Source of the DNA: an uncultured Chloroflexia bacterium
GTDB lineage: Bacteria > Chloroflexota > Limnocylindria > Limnocylindrales > CSP1-4
DNA: 64,000 bases
Assembly (NCBI GenBank): GCA_963766685.1
Contig: CAVYBJ010000002.1
Span: 22,257 to 86,256, forward strand
Direction of reading: 5' to 3'
Shown here: in pieces, positions 1-8,920 of the stretch
Layout of the letters: every line of letters starts with the position of its first letter
Numbering within the stretch: the first letter of the stretch is position 1
Notes under the pieces: generated by a model
Database searches by the model: none
What the model was told of the DNA's origin: nothing
Seen by the model: only the letters and a program-made list of their open reading frames with translations
Program-made: the position numbers and the translations under genes

Positions 1-1407
1 CGGCTGCGATGGCTCGGCACGGGCACGTGGCTGGCGATCACACTGACGCTCCTCGTCGCGACCGTGATCTGGGCATCTCGGGGAACCCCGTGGCAGACGC
101 TCGAACTGCGCATGGGTCCCCTGAGCCTGGCCGCCATCGTCTTGACCGGGGCCGTGTATGGCTCGGTCGGTGCCTCGGTGGTGCGCCACGTGCCAAGGAA
201 CCCGATCGGCTGGCTGTTCCTGGCCGTCGCGCTGGGCATGGCCGTCCTGCTCCCTGTCAACCTCGTGCTGGAGTCCACGGTCCATGCCTTCCGGCCGGTC
301 CCCTCGGTGCAGCTCTGGATGGCCTGGGCGTTCTCCAGCGTGCAGCTGCCGTTCTCCGGGGCCGCCGTCATCGTGGCGGTCCTTCTGTTCCCGCATGGAC
401 GACCCGTGTGGCGCCACTCGCACACCACCACGAGGCTGGCCATCGGCGGCGCCATCCTGCTGGCCGTGAGCGCGACATTCCGGCCAGCCGGGCTGCTCTG
501 GTATCGGACGCTACCGAACCCAGCGGCTGCACCGGCCGATCTGAAGAGCCTGCTGACGATCGTCTCGCTCGTCGGCCTGGCAGCGCTGATCGTCGCGCTC
601 GTCGCGGCGGCCGCGTCCCTCGTGTGGCGCGTCCGCCTGGGGGACCCGCGGGAGCGACGACCCCTGGCCTGGGTGCTGGGCGGCAGCGCCGTCATGGCTG
701 GCGCCGTCGCGGTGCTCTTTGGCGCTCGGTACAGCGGCACCATCGGGGCAGAAGGGGGCGACCTCCTGCTCCTGGTCGGGGCCATCGGGGCCGCCGTGCT
801 GCCGCTGAGCATGGTCCGCTTCAGGACCATGACCGAGGCGCGGGGGCAGCAGATCGCGGACCACACGTTCCTGTTCACCGACCTGCAGGATTCGACCGCG
901 ATGTACGAGCGGATCGGTGATGTCACCGCGTTCGACCTGGTGCGCCTGCATTTCGACACCCTGGAGTCCGCGACGCGGCGCCACGGTGGCGCCATCGTCA
1001 AGACCATCGGCGATGCCATCATGGCGCGGTTCTCCGAGCCGGACGAGGCGGTGAGAACGGCGCTCGAGATGTTCGAACGCCTGGAACGCTTCAACCAGCG
1101 CTCCGATACGCGTCTGATCCTCAAGGTGGGCCTGCACCGAGGTCCCGCCATCGAAGTGACGTCGAAGGGCCGTGATGACTACTTCGGGCAGTCCGTCAAC
1201 ATCGCCGCCCGGGTGGGCGCGATCGCGATCGCGGGTGAGCTGGTCCTCACCGAGTCGGTCTACGAGAGCGCCGGTGTGGCGAGCCTGCTCGAGGGCCGCG
1301 CGACGCGACAGGAACTGGTGACGCTCAAGGGAGTCGCCAGCGCGGTGTCCGTCTACCGCGTGGCCGGCGTCGTTCCCGAGCCTGCCAGGCGCTGGAGTCC
1401 ATCGTAG
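1..1407 (+). CDS. membrane-anchored class III adenylate/guanylate cyclase, 5' end outside window
   Basis: ORF 64..1407. The same frame stays open and hydrophobic back to base 1 (WLGTGTWLAITLTLLVATVIW). Multi-TM N-terminal half, then cyclase core FLFTDLQDSTAMYERIGD / IVKTIGDAIMARF / GQSVNIAARV. Confidence 0.8.
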   Translation, partial: RLRWLGTGTWLAITLTLLVATVIWASRGTPWQTLELRMGPLSLAAIVLTGAVYGSVGASVVRHVPRNPIGWLFLAVALGMAVLLPVNLVLESTVHAFRPVPSVQLWMAWAFSSVQLPFSGAAVIVAVLLFPHGRPVWRHSHTTTRLAIGGAILLAVSATFRPAGLLWYRTLPNPAAAPADLKSLLTIVSLVGLAALIVALVAAAASLVWRVRLGDPRERRPLAWVLGGSAVMAGAVAVLFGARYSGTIGAEGGDLLLLVGAIGAAVLPLSMVRFRTMTEARGQQIADHTFLFTDLQDSTAMYERIGDVTAFDLVRLHFDTLESATRRHGGAIVKTIGDAIMARFSEPDEAVRTALEMFERLERFNQRSDTRLILKVGLHRGPAIEVTSKGRDDYFGQSVNIAARVGAIAIAGELVLTESVYESAGVASLLEGRATRQELVTLKGVASAVSVYRVAGVVPEPARRWSPS

Positions 1408-2765
1408 GCGGCGTACTTGTAGACGTCGGCCCGCGTGGGCAGGTTGAAGGTCGTGTGGATGAAGCGATCGATGGTTTCGCCGGCATGCATGACCGCCTGG
1501 GCCACATGGATCAGTTCGCCGGCTTCCTCGCCGAGGATATGCGCCCCCAGGAGCCGTCGGTCGTCTCGGCGGAAGACCACCTTGATGAGTCCGTTCGTGG
1601 TACCGGCGATGACGCTCCTCGGGTTGCCGGAGAAGGGGGCGCGACCAGTCTCGGCGTCGATCCCCTCGGCGGCGGCAGCCTGCTCCGTCATGCCCACCAT
1701 GGCCACCTCTGGTATCGAGTAGATGCCGTACGGCGGCAGCGGGTCGACGGTCTCCTTGAAGGGGATCTCGAAGGCGTGGCACATGGCCACGCGACCTTGC
1801 TCGGCGCTGACCGAGGCCAGGGCCGGTGGTCCGACGACGTCCCCAGCCGCGTAGATCCCTGGCGCGGTCGTCTCATAGCGGTCGTCGACGACGATGCGAC
1901 CGCGAGCATCGGTCTCGATGCCGGCCGCGACCAGGGCCAGGCTCTCCGTATTGCCGCTGCGACCGGCGGCGTAGAGCACCTTGTCGGGTGACAGGTCCGC
2001 GTCGTCGGACAGCTCGACGCGCAGCCGGCCATCCTCGCGCGAGACCTTCGCCTGCGAAGAGCCGAGCACGAGCCGGACACCCATGCTGGTCAGGCATGCC
2101 GCCAGTTCGTCGGAGATCTCGGCGTCGAGGAAGGGCATCATCCGCTTCCCCCGGTCCACCAGCGCCACCTCCACGCCCAGGGCCGCGAAGATCGACGCGT
2201 ATTCGCAGCCCACGGGGCCGCCCCCGATGACGACCAGGCTGCCAGGCAGGCGGTCGAGCGCGAGGATGGTGTCGGAATCGTGGACATCCGGGTCGTCGAA
2301 GGGGACATCCGCTGGCCGATACGGCCGCGAGCCCGTGGCGATGAGGATCCTGTCCGCGCGCAGGGAGTGCTCCTCGCCGGCCGCGTCCGTGACGATGACC
2401 GAGCGGTCCGGCCCCAGCCGAGCCTCGCCACGGTGGACCGTGATGTCGTGCCGCTCCAGGTTCTTGCGAACGAGCTCGCCGGCCAGCGCTGAAACGGTCT
2501 CGGCTCGCGCCTTCATGCGCTCCAGCGTGATCTCGGGCGCGAGTGCCAGGCCCACTCCGTAGACTTCGCGGCGGCGGTAGCTGGTGAGGTAGAGGGCCGT
2601 TTCACGAAGGGTCTTGGTGGGCAGGCCTCCGCTGTTGACCGGAGCCCCGCCGGGACGGGCAGCACGCTCCACCAGTGCCACGCGCCTGCCGAAGTAGGCC
2701 GCTTGGGCGGCACCCTTCTCCCCAGCCGGTCCCGATCCGATCACCACCAGGTCGTAGTGGTCCAT
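1353..2765 (-). CDS. sthA: soluble pyridine nucleotide transhydrogenase (flavoprotein disulfide reductase family)
   Basis: ORF 1353..2777. ATG at 2765 is preceded by GGAGG. MDHYDLVVIGSGPAGEKGA...GGLPTKTLRETALYL matches the SthA/Lpd FAD-binding N-terminus. About 470 aa and intact. Confidence 0.85.
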   Translation of the reverse strand: MDHYDLVVIGSGPAGEKGAAQAAYFGRRVALVERAARPGGAPVNSGGLPTKTLRETALYLTSYRRREVYGVGLALAPEITLERMKARAETVSALAGELVRKNLERHDITVHRGEARLGPDRSVIVTDAAGEEHSLRADRILIATGSRPYRPADVPFDDPDVHDSDTILALDRLPGSLVVIGGGPVGCEYASIFAALGVEVALVDRGKRMMPFLDAEISDELAACLTSMGVRLVLGSSQAKVSREDGRLRVELSDDADLSPDKVLYAAGRSGNTESLALVAAGIETDARGRIVVDDRYETTAPGIYAAGDVVGPPALASVSAEQGRVAMCHAFEIPFKETVDPLPPYGIYSIPEVAMVGMTEQAAAAEGIDAETGRAPFSGNPRSVIAGTTNGLIKVVFRRDDRRLLGAHILGEEAGELIHVAQAVMHAGETIDRFIHTTFNLPTRADVYKYAAYDGLQRLAGSGTTPATR

Positions 2766-2951
2766 GTCCGCCTCCACGTGCTCTCCCGATCGCCGACGAC
2801 GACGGCGTGGATAGGCAATTCGTACGTCAGCGGCACGATGACTGTCAATGCGTGCTCACGACCGTGCCGACGTGTGTGCCAGCGAGTCCTTGAGGGCTGT
2901 GTTCGTCCAAGGGCTTGCGGCCGGGCGGAGTGCTGGCGCATCCTTCTGCGC

Positions 2952-3344
2952 ATGGGCCAGTATCCCGTGGAGCTCATCCTCGTCCGTCACCTGGCGAGCC
3001 GGCTGGCGATCCCCGTCTTCGTCGTCGACGCGAGCGGCGAACTCATCTACTTCAATGAACCCGCGGAGCGAGTGCTTGGGCGTCGTTTCGACGAGATCCG
3101 ACTCATGCCCTTCGAGGAGTGGACGACCGCATTCGTGCCGGCGTCACAGGGCAGACCGCTGGATGCGGAGCAGCTCCCCCTCGTCGTGGCGCTGCGGCGG
3201 TCGACTCCGGCGCACAGCGACTTCGAGATCGTCAGCGCTGATGGCGTGAAGCGATCGATCGAGGTGACCGCCTTTCCCATCATCGCGCCCGTCGATCGGA
3301 CCATCGGCGCAGTCGCCATGTTCTGGGAGCAGGACGGACCGTGA
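2952..3344 (+). CDS. small PAS-domain protein
   Basis: C-terminal 130 aa of ORF 2703..3344, starting at ATG 2952 (MGQYPVELILVRHLASRLAIPVFVVDASGELIYFNEPAERVLG...). PAS-like sensor fold pattern. Its stop overlaps the next gene's GTG (GTGA at 3341). Confidence 0.6.
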   Translation: MGQYPVELILVRHLASRLAIPVFVVDASGELIYFNEPAERVLGRRFDEIRLMPFEEWTTAFVPASQGRPLDAEQLPLVVALRRSTPAHSDFEIVSADGVKRSIEVTAFPIIAPVDRTIGAVAMFWEQDGP

Positions 3345-4205
3345 GGGTCGCCTTCTGGGGGACGCGCGGCTCCCTGGCGACGCCGGGTCCGGAGACCATC
3401 ACCTACGGCGGCGACACGTCCTGCGTGGCGATCACCGGAGGAGACCCCGCGCACCTCATCGTGCTGGACGCGGGGACGGGCATCCGCCGGCTGGGGAGCA
3501 ACATCTCGAGCGAGGTCAAGACGATCGACGTCTTCCTCTCGCACCTTCACCTCGACCACATCCTCGGCCTCGGATTCTTCGCGCCGCTGTTCCGACCGGA
3601 CATGAGCGTCACGATCTGGGCGCCTCCATCGTCGACACCGCTGCTCCATCGACTGGGCCGCTACCTGTCGCCGCCGCTGTTCCCGGTCCGCATCAGGGAC
3701 CTCTCTTGCGAGCTCCACCTGCGTGACGTGGGCGAGCACCCCGTCACCCGTGGTGGCTTCAGGTATCACGGCAGCGTCGATCATCCATCCCGACACGGCG
3801 GTCGGCTATCGCATCGAGACCGAGGGCCAGGTCGTGGCCTATCTGCCCGACCACGAACCGGCGCTCTCACCGTCCTTCCCGTCATTGGCGCGCTGGACAT
3901 CCGGAGCCGCCATCGCACGTGACGCGGATCTCCTGATCCACGATGCGCAATACGCCGCGGACGAGTATCCCGCGTACCTGGGCTGGGGTCACTCGTCGGT
4001 GCTCGACGCGGTCGCGTTCGCAGAGATGACGGGTGCACGCAGGCTGGCGCTCTTCCACCACGACCCTGCCCATGACGACACGACGGTCGCGCGCCTGGAG
4101 CTCGAGGCACGACAGGCTGGCAGGACGACGCGGGCGCAGGCCGCTCGTCAGGGTGCGACCATCGTGCTCGGACCGTCGCTTCGGGCCGAGCACGCTGCCG
4201 GCTGA
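3341..4205 (+). pseudogene. MBL-fold metallo-hydrolase, frame disrupted near 3762 (+1)
   Basis: ORF 3341..3922 carries the HxHxDH motif (SHLHLDHILG). The conserved sequence continues in ORF 3723..4205 (ITAASIIHPDTAVGYRIE...GWGHSS...LFHHDP). Junction is ggcttcagg-t-atcacg. Confidence 0.8.
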
Positions 4206-4368
4206 GCCAGCCAGCAGGTCTCACTGGCTGGCCCTGGCTCGCCGGAACCCCGGCCGAAGCGGGATCGCCAGCCGGGTACCATGACGTCGCGGAGCCGTCC
4301 GCGTCCGCGTCCCTCGGCCAGGGACCCGTCGCGCACTCGAGAACCTGCGCGCAGCCTGGCAGCACGAT

Positions 4369-4671
4369 GTGACCGAGGCGGACCTCGACGGCCTGCAGGC
4401 GCTGCTGATCGGCCTCGAGCTTCTGTACGACACTCGCGGCTGGTACCGTGCCTTGACCGATCTTGCCCAGGACGTGCTGGACGTCCTCGATCGGTCTCCC
4501 AGTTCGCCGGAACGCGACCTGTTGGCCATCACCCTGCGCAGCGATCAGGCCCGCGCACTGACAGCCATGGAGGGCTACACCAAGGAAGTCGAGGCTGCCT
4601 ACGAGCGGCTCCTGGCCTCGGTCGAGGGCGCCCCGGTGCCACGGGTCTACATCCTGGCGAGCTTCTTGTAG
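4369..4671 (+). CDS. hypothetical 100-aa ORF, possibly a fragment of a TPR/AAA-type regulator
   Basis: ORF 4369..4671 (ELLYDTRGWYRALTDLAQDVLDVL...TAMEGYTKEVEAAYERLL) reads like a helical-repeat segment of large regulators. It is isolated, and its 3' end overlaps ettA convergently by 25 nt. Confidence 0.3.
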   Translation: MTEADLDGLQALLIGLELLYDTRGWYRALTDLAQDVLDVLDRSPSSPERDLLAITLRSDQARALTAMEGYTKEVEAAYERLLASVEGAPVPRVYILASFL

Positions 4672-6326
4672 CGGATCCGGTGCGGCTGGTCGGCCGCTGT
4701 CCCCAGCTCCTTGCGCCGGAACGCCTCGTAGTCGCTCACGTTGCCCTCGAAGTAGCGCACTTGGGAATCACCTTCGAAGGCAAGGATGTGGGTCGCGATC
4801 CGGTCCAGGAACCAGCGATCGTGTGAGATGACCACCACGCAGCCCGGGAACGACTCCAGGCCGGCCTCGAGCGCTCGCAGCGTGTCCACGTCAAGGTCGT
4901 TGGTCGGCTCGTCGAGCAGCAGCACGTTGCCACCCGTCTGTAGCAACTTGGCGAGGTGCACCCGGTTCCGCTCGCCGCCCGACAGCTGGCCGACGAGCTT
5001 CTGCTGGTCGGTGCCGCGGAAGTTGAACGATGAGACATAGGCCCGGGCTGGGACCTCGCGTGCGCCGGTCTTGATGAACTCGGCACCCTGGGTGATCTCC
5101 TCGAATACCGTCTTGTCGGCGGCCAGGTCGTCGCGCTCCTGGTCGACATAGGCCAGCGCGACGGTGTCACCGATCGCGATCGTCCCGGCATCGGGCGCCT
5201 CCTGCCCGATGAGCATCCGGAACAGCGTCGTCTTGCCGGCGCCGTTGGGCCCGATGATGCCGACGATGCCGGCCCGCGGCAAAGAGAACGTCAGCTCCTC
5301 GATGAGCAGCTTCTCGCCGTAGCCCTTGCGCAGGCCGGCGACATCGATGACCTTGTCGCCCAGCCTCGGGCCCGGGGGGATGGCGATCTCGAGTTCGCGG
5401 GCACTGGCCTTGACGTCGTTGGCCTCGGCCAGGAGTCGCTCGTAGGCTGACAGTCGAGCCTTGCCCTTGGCCTGACGCGCCTTCGCGCCCATGCGCACCC
5501 ACTCGAGTTCGCGTGCGAGCGTCCGCTGGCGCGCATCGACCTGCTTCTGCTCGCTCGCCAGGCGTGCCAGCTTCTGCTCGAGCCAGCTCGAGTAGTTGCC
5601 GCTGAAGGGGATGCCGCGGCCACGGTCGAGCTCGAGGATCCACTTGGCCACGTTATCGAGGAAGTACCGGTCGTGAGTGATGGCGATGACGGTCCCGGCG
5701 TACTCCGACAGGAAGCGCTCCAGCCACTCGACCGACTCGGCATCGAGGTGGTTGGTCGGTTCGTCGAGCAGCAGCAGGTCAGGGTGGCTCAGGAGCAGTC
5801 GTGCGAGCGCCACGCGGCGCTTCTCGCCGCCGGAGAGCGTGCTGACGTCCGCGTCATCCGGCGGGCACCGCAGTGCGTCCATCGCGATATCGACGTTGCG
5901 CTCGAGGTTCCAGGCGTCCGCGGCCTCGATGCGGGCCTCAAGGACGGCCTGCTCGATGCCGATGGCATCGTAGTCGGCATCGGGGTCGGCCCAGCGGGCC
6001 ATGACCGCGTCGTACTCGTCGATGAGTGCCTGGACCTCGTGGACGCCGTCGAGCACATTGCCCTTGACGTCCTTCGCCGGGTCGAGCTGGGGCTCCTGGT
6101 CGAGGTATCCGACGGTGAAGCCCGGCGTCAGCCGAGCTTCGCCGCTATAGCCGTCGTCGAGCCCGGCCATGATCTTGAGCAGGCTGGACTTGCCAGCGCC
6201 GTTGGGCCCGATGACCCCGATCTTGGCGCCGGGATAGAAGGACAGCGAGATGTCCTCGAGCACGGTCCGGTCGGGCGGATAGTGCCGGGCGAGCCTGTAG
6301 GCGGTGTAGATGAATTCGGCTGGCAT
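4647..6326 (-). CDS. ettA: energy-dependent translational throttle protein EttA (ABC-F ATPase)
   Basis: ORF 4647..6356; likely start is ATG 6326 (MPAEFIYTAYRLARHYPPDR). Two ABC cassettes (GPNGAGKSSLL, LSGGEKRRVALA, GPNGAGKTTLF, LSGGERNRVHLA). Intact. Confidence 0.95.
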   Translation of the reverse strand: MPAEFIYTAYRLARHYPPDRTVLEDISLSFYPGAKIGVIGPNGAGKSSLLKIMAGLDDGYSGEARLTPGFTVGYLDQEPQLDPAKDVKGNVLDGVHEVQALIDEYDAVMARWADPDADYDAIGIEQAVLEARIEAADAWNLERNVDIAMDALRCPPDDADVSTLSGGEKRRVALARLLLSHPDLLLLDEPTNHLDAESVEWLERFLSEYAGTVIAITHDRYFLDNVAKWILELDRGRGIPFSGNYSSWLEQKLARLASEQKQVDARQRTLARELEWVRMGAKARQAKGKARLSAYERLLAEANDVKASARELEIAIPPGPRLGDKVIDVAGLRKGYGEKLLIEELTFSLPRAGIVGIIGPNGAGKTTLFRMLIGQEAPDAGTIAIGDTVALAYVDQERDDLAADKTVFEEITQGAEFIKTGAREVPARAYVSSFNFRGTDQQKLVGQLSGGERNRVHLAKLLQTGGNVLLLDEPTNDLDVDTLRALEAGLESFPGCVVVISHDRWFLDRIATHILAFEGDSQVRYFEGNVSDYEAFRRKELGTAADQPHRIRYKKLARM

Positions 6327-6330
6327 GAGG

Positions 6331-6603
6331 CTAGGGTAGCGACCCGACTCGGGCATGCGCCTCGGCGTCGCGCGGAGAGACGCACGTTGCCGGGTGTCTG
6401 TGCCACCTCACATCGCTGGTCACGACCACGCACACCACCGTCGCGATCCGACTGCGGTTCAGGGGGTCGCCCTGCACGACGACCACCGGTCGCCGATAGC
6501 CTGGCGCTGACCCCGCTGGTTCGGGCAGATCCATCCACCAGACGTCGCCCTCCGCGCGCGCTCGCGTCGTTGTACCGTGCGCAGATGAACAACGATGCCC
6601 CAC
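6331..6603 (-). pseudogene. MazF/PemK-like toxin remnant, frameshifted and C-terminally truncated, no antitoxin
   Basis: ORF 6331..6603 contains GDVWWMDLPEPAGSAPGYRRPVVVVQGDPLNRSRIATVVCVVVTSDVR. The conserved PGNV continues in another frame (EVAQTPGNVRLS, ~6400). The reading frame runs into the ettA start after about 75 aa, versus about 110 aa expected. Confidence 0.5.
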
Positions 6604-6676
6604 GGCCTGGACGTCTGGCGCTGCGTGGATGCCGCCTGACCCGCGCCGGCTGAACCGCCGCAGTCGGAGACCTCAC

Positions 6677-7681
6677 GTGACCGAACACGATCGCCGCCTC
6701 GACCGCAAGCTGCGCGCCATCGTGGAGGGCCGCTACACCCCGGACGACTTCGTGATCGCGGATGCCAAGGACGCGGACATGGGCTTCGGGCTGACCGCGG
6801 CCGGGATCGTCGACGGCGCGCCGGCCGGCGTGCTCGGTCCCGGTCGCTACCAGACCCGCAGGCGCTACCTCGATGACATGCGCGCACAAGCGAACCATGG
6901 TGTGATCGACATCCTGCTGACCTCTGCCTCCAATGGGGAGCGTCTCGCAAGCGATGGCTCGCTGCCCGACGACCTGACCTTGGCCATCCGCGCCAACGAC
7001 ACCAGTGACGTTTGGGTCGGACGCGGAGCCGGCTACGCCACCATGCCGTCGCGGCCATTCCGGACGGTGGACCTGGCGGCGGTCCGCCCGTTCTGCGACC
7101 TCGTCCTCTATTCGATCACCTTCAACAACGATCTCGAGGCGGACCTCGTGTCACTGGAGGCCTACGCGGCCTTCCGCCGGGAGGCCGCGGAGATCGGGAT
7201 GCGGCACTTCCTGGAGGTCTTCAATCCCAACGCGCCGAGCCGGCTGGAACCGGAGGAGGTGGCGGCGTTCGTCAACGACTCCATCGTGCGCGCACTGGCG
7301 GGCGTTGCCCTGGCGCAGCGACCCGTGTTCCTGAAGCTGGGCTACAACGGGGCCGATGCCCTGCTCGAGCTGACCGAGCACGATCCCTCGCTGGTGGTCG
7401 GGATCTACGGCGGCACTGTCGGTACCACCCGCGACACGTTCGAGCTGCTGCATCGGGCACATCTGCACGGAGCTCGCGTGGCCCTCTTCGGCCGGAAGAT
7501 CCAGCACGCTGAGTCGCAACTCGACCTTGTCGACCTGCTGCGGCCGGTCCTCCGCGGCGAGCTAAGCCCGACCGATGCGGTTCGCACCTACCACGAGGCA
7601 CTGGCCCGGAAGGGCCTCGCACCGCGTCGAAGCCTCGATGAGGACCTGGAGCTGACGGACCGGGTACTCCGCTCCGAATGA
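6677..7681 (+). CDS. conserved hypothetical protein, alternating strand/helix pattern suggests an aldolase-like (beta/alpha)8 barrel
   Basis: ORF 6629..7681; first plausible start is GTG 6677 (VTEHDRRLDRKLRAIVEG). I recognise no named motif. Its stop overlaps the PfkB kinase start (ATGA at 7678). Confidence 0.55.
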   Translation: MTEHDRRLDRKLRAIVEGRYTPDDFVIADAKDADMGFGLTAAGIVDGAPAGVLGPGRYQTRRRYLDDMRAQANHGVIDILLTSASNGERLASDGSLPDDLTLAIRANDTSDVWVGRGAGYATMPSRPFRTVDLAAVRPFCDLVLYSITFNNDLEADLVSLEAYAAFRREAAEIGMRHFLEVFNPNAPSRLEPEEVAAFVNDSIVRALAGVALAQRPVFLKLGYNGADALLELTEHDPSLVVGIYGGTVGTTRDTFELLHRAHLHGARVALFGRKIQHAESQLDLVDLLRPVLRGELSPTDAVRTYHEALARKGLAPRRSLDEDLELTDRVLRSE

Positions 7682-8715
7682 ACCTCCCAGCCGGGGAGCG
7701 CAGCGGCGTGTTGTGCGTGGGCACGCTGCTCGTCGACTACGGCAAGGTCATCGACGCCTATCCGTCGCGCGACGGCCTGGCCACGATCGAGTACATCTCG
7801 CTGAGCACGGGCGGGGCAGGCCTCAACATGGCCGTTGATCTCCGTCGCCTTGGCGCGCGTTTCGACGTCAGTGTCATGGGCTGCGTGGCCGATGACGCTG
7901 ACGGGGACTTCATCCGCGCTGCATGTGCCGAGGCCGGGATCGATGCGCAGCGTGTCCGGATCGAACCGGGTGCTACCACCGCGTTCACGGACGTGATGGT
8001 GGAGCGAGATGGAGGTCGGCGCACCTTTTTCACGCACCTGGGGACGAACTCACTGTTCCGCGCCGAGCCGTCAGACCTCGCGGGCTCGGATGCCCGCATC
8101 CTCCACGTGGGCAATCTCGGGGCGCATCCATTGATGGATGACGCGGACGCGGACGGTGCGAGCGGCTGGTCAAGGCTCCTGGCCGCGGCGCAGGCGGCCG
8201 GGATCCACACGAACCTGGAGCTGGCGGCCTTCCCGCCGGACCGCCTGGCGGCGCTCGCTGGACCGTGCTTGCGGTACCTCGACTCGATCATCGTCAATGA
8301 ATTGGAGGCCAGCGCCCTGACCGGCACCCATATCTCGGCATCGACGGCGGACGAGGTGGTCGATTGGGCCGCCATGCTGGCGCTGGCGCAGGGACTCCTC
8401 GAGCGCGGAGTTGCCGGGCTGGCGGTCGTGCATTTCCCGGCGGGCAGCGTCGGGGCCACCGCCGATGGACAGACCTGGCGACAGGGCTCGGTCCGCTTGC
8501 CGCCGGACCGGGTGCGCAGCACCACCGGGGCCGGTGATGCGTTCGCTGCCGGCGTCATCTTCGGCCTCCACGAAGACTGGTCCGTGGAGGCGAGTCTCCG
8601 ACTCGGCGTGGCCGCTGCGGCAGCCTGTGTCCAGCACCATCACACGTCGAACGGGATCATGTCCGCGGAGACCTGCCTGGCCGCCGGCGACGCGATGGGG
8701 TATCGAGTGACCTAG
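7678..8715 (+). CDS. PfkB-family carbohydrate kinase (ribokinase-like)
   Basis: ORF 7678..8715. N-terminal GxxLVD sugar-binding region and C-terminal PfkB signature TTGAGDAFAAGVIFGL. Intact. Confidence 0.85.
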   Translation: MNLPAGERSGVLCVGTLLVDYGKVIDAYPSRDGLATIEYISLSTGGAGLNMAVDLRRLGARFDVSVMGCVADDADGDFIRAACAEAGIDAQRVRIEPGATTAFTDVMVERDGGRRTFFTHLGTNSLFRAEPSDLAGSDARILHVGNLGAHPLMDDADADGASGWSRLLAAAQAAGIHTNLELAAFPPDRLAALAGPCLRYLDSIIVNELEASALTGTHISASTADEVVDWAAMLALAQGLLERGVAGLAVVHFPAGSVGATADGQTWRQGSVRLPPDRVRSTTGAGDAFAAGVIFGLHEDWSVEASLRLGVAAAAACVQHHHTSNGIMSAETCLAAGDAMGYRVT

Positions 8716-8741
8716 AAGTCGGCGATCTCACGCCTGGGGAG

Positions 8742-8816
8742 TGGAGCCGACACTCGGATTTGAACCGAGGACCTGCTGTTTACGAAACAGCTGCTCTACC
8801 GCTGAGCTATGTCGGC
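8742..8816 (-). tRNA. tRNA-Thr (anticodon CGU), CCA encoded
   Basis: The reverse complement gccgacaTAgctcAGCGGTAgagcAgctgtTTCGTAAacagcAGGTCctcggTTCAAATccgagtgtcggcTCCA folds as a canonical cloverleaf (7/4/5/5 stems). The anticodon loop is TT-CGT-AA. Confidence 0.9.
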
Positions 8817-8826
8817 GTCGGGCGAT

Positions 8827-8832
8827 AGTCTA
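8827..8832 (-). promoter_or_regulatory. candidate -10 box TAGACT for tRNA-Thr
   Basis: The minus strand reads TAGACT and ends 10 nt upstream of the mature tRNA 5' end. It fits the high-GC Gram-positive TAnnnT consensus. The same hexamer occurs upstream of guaA and the GT2 gene. Confidence 0.35.
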
Positions 8833-8920
8833 GCGCGTCCGTCGCTGACGTCCGGCGCCGCCGTCCTTGGTCCGGCAGGCGGTGGTCTCACCTCCGGGAC
8901 ACGATCTCACCCGTGGTCGT

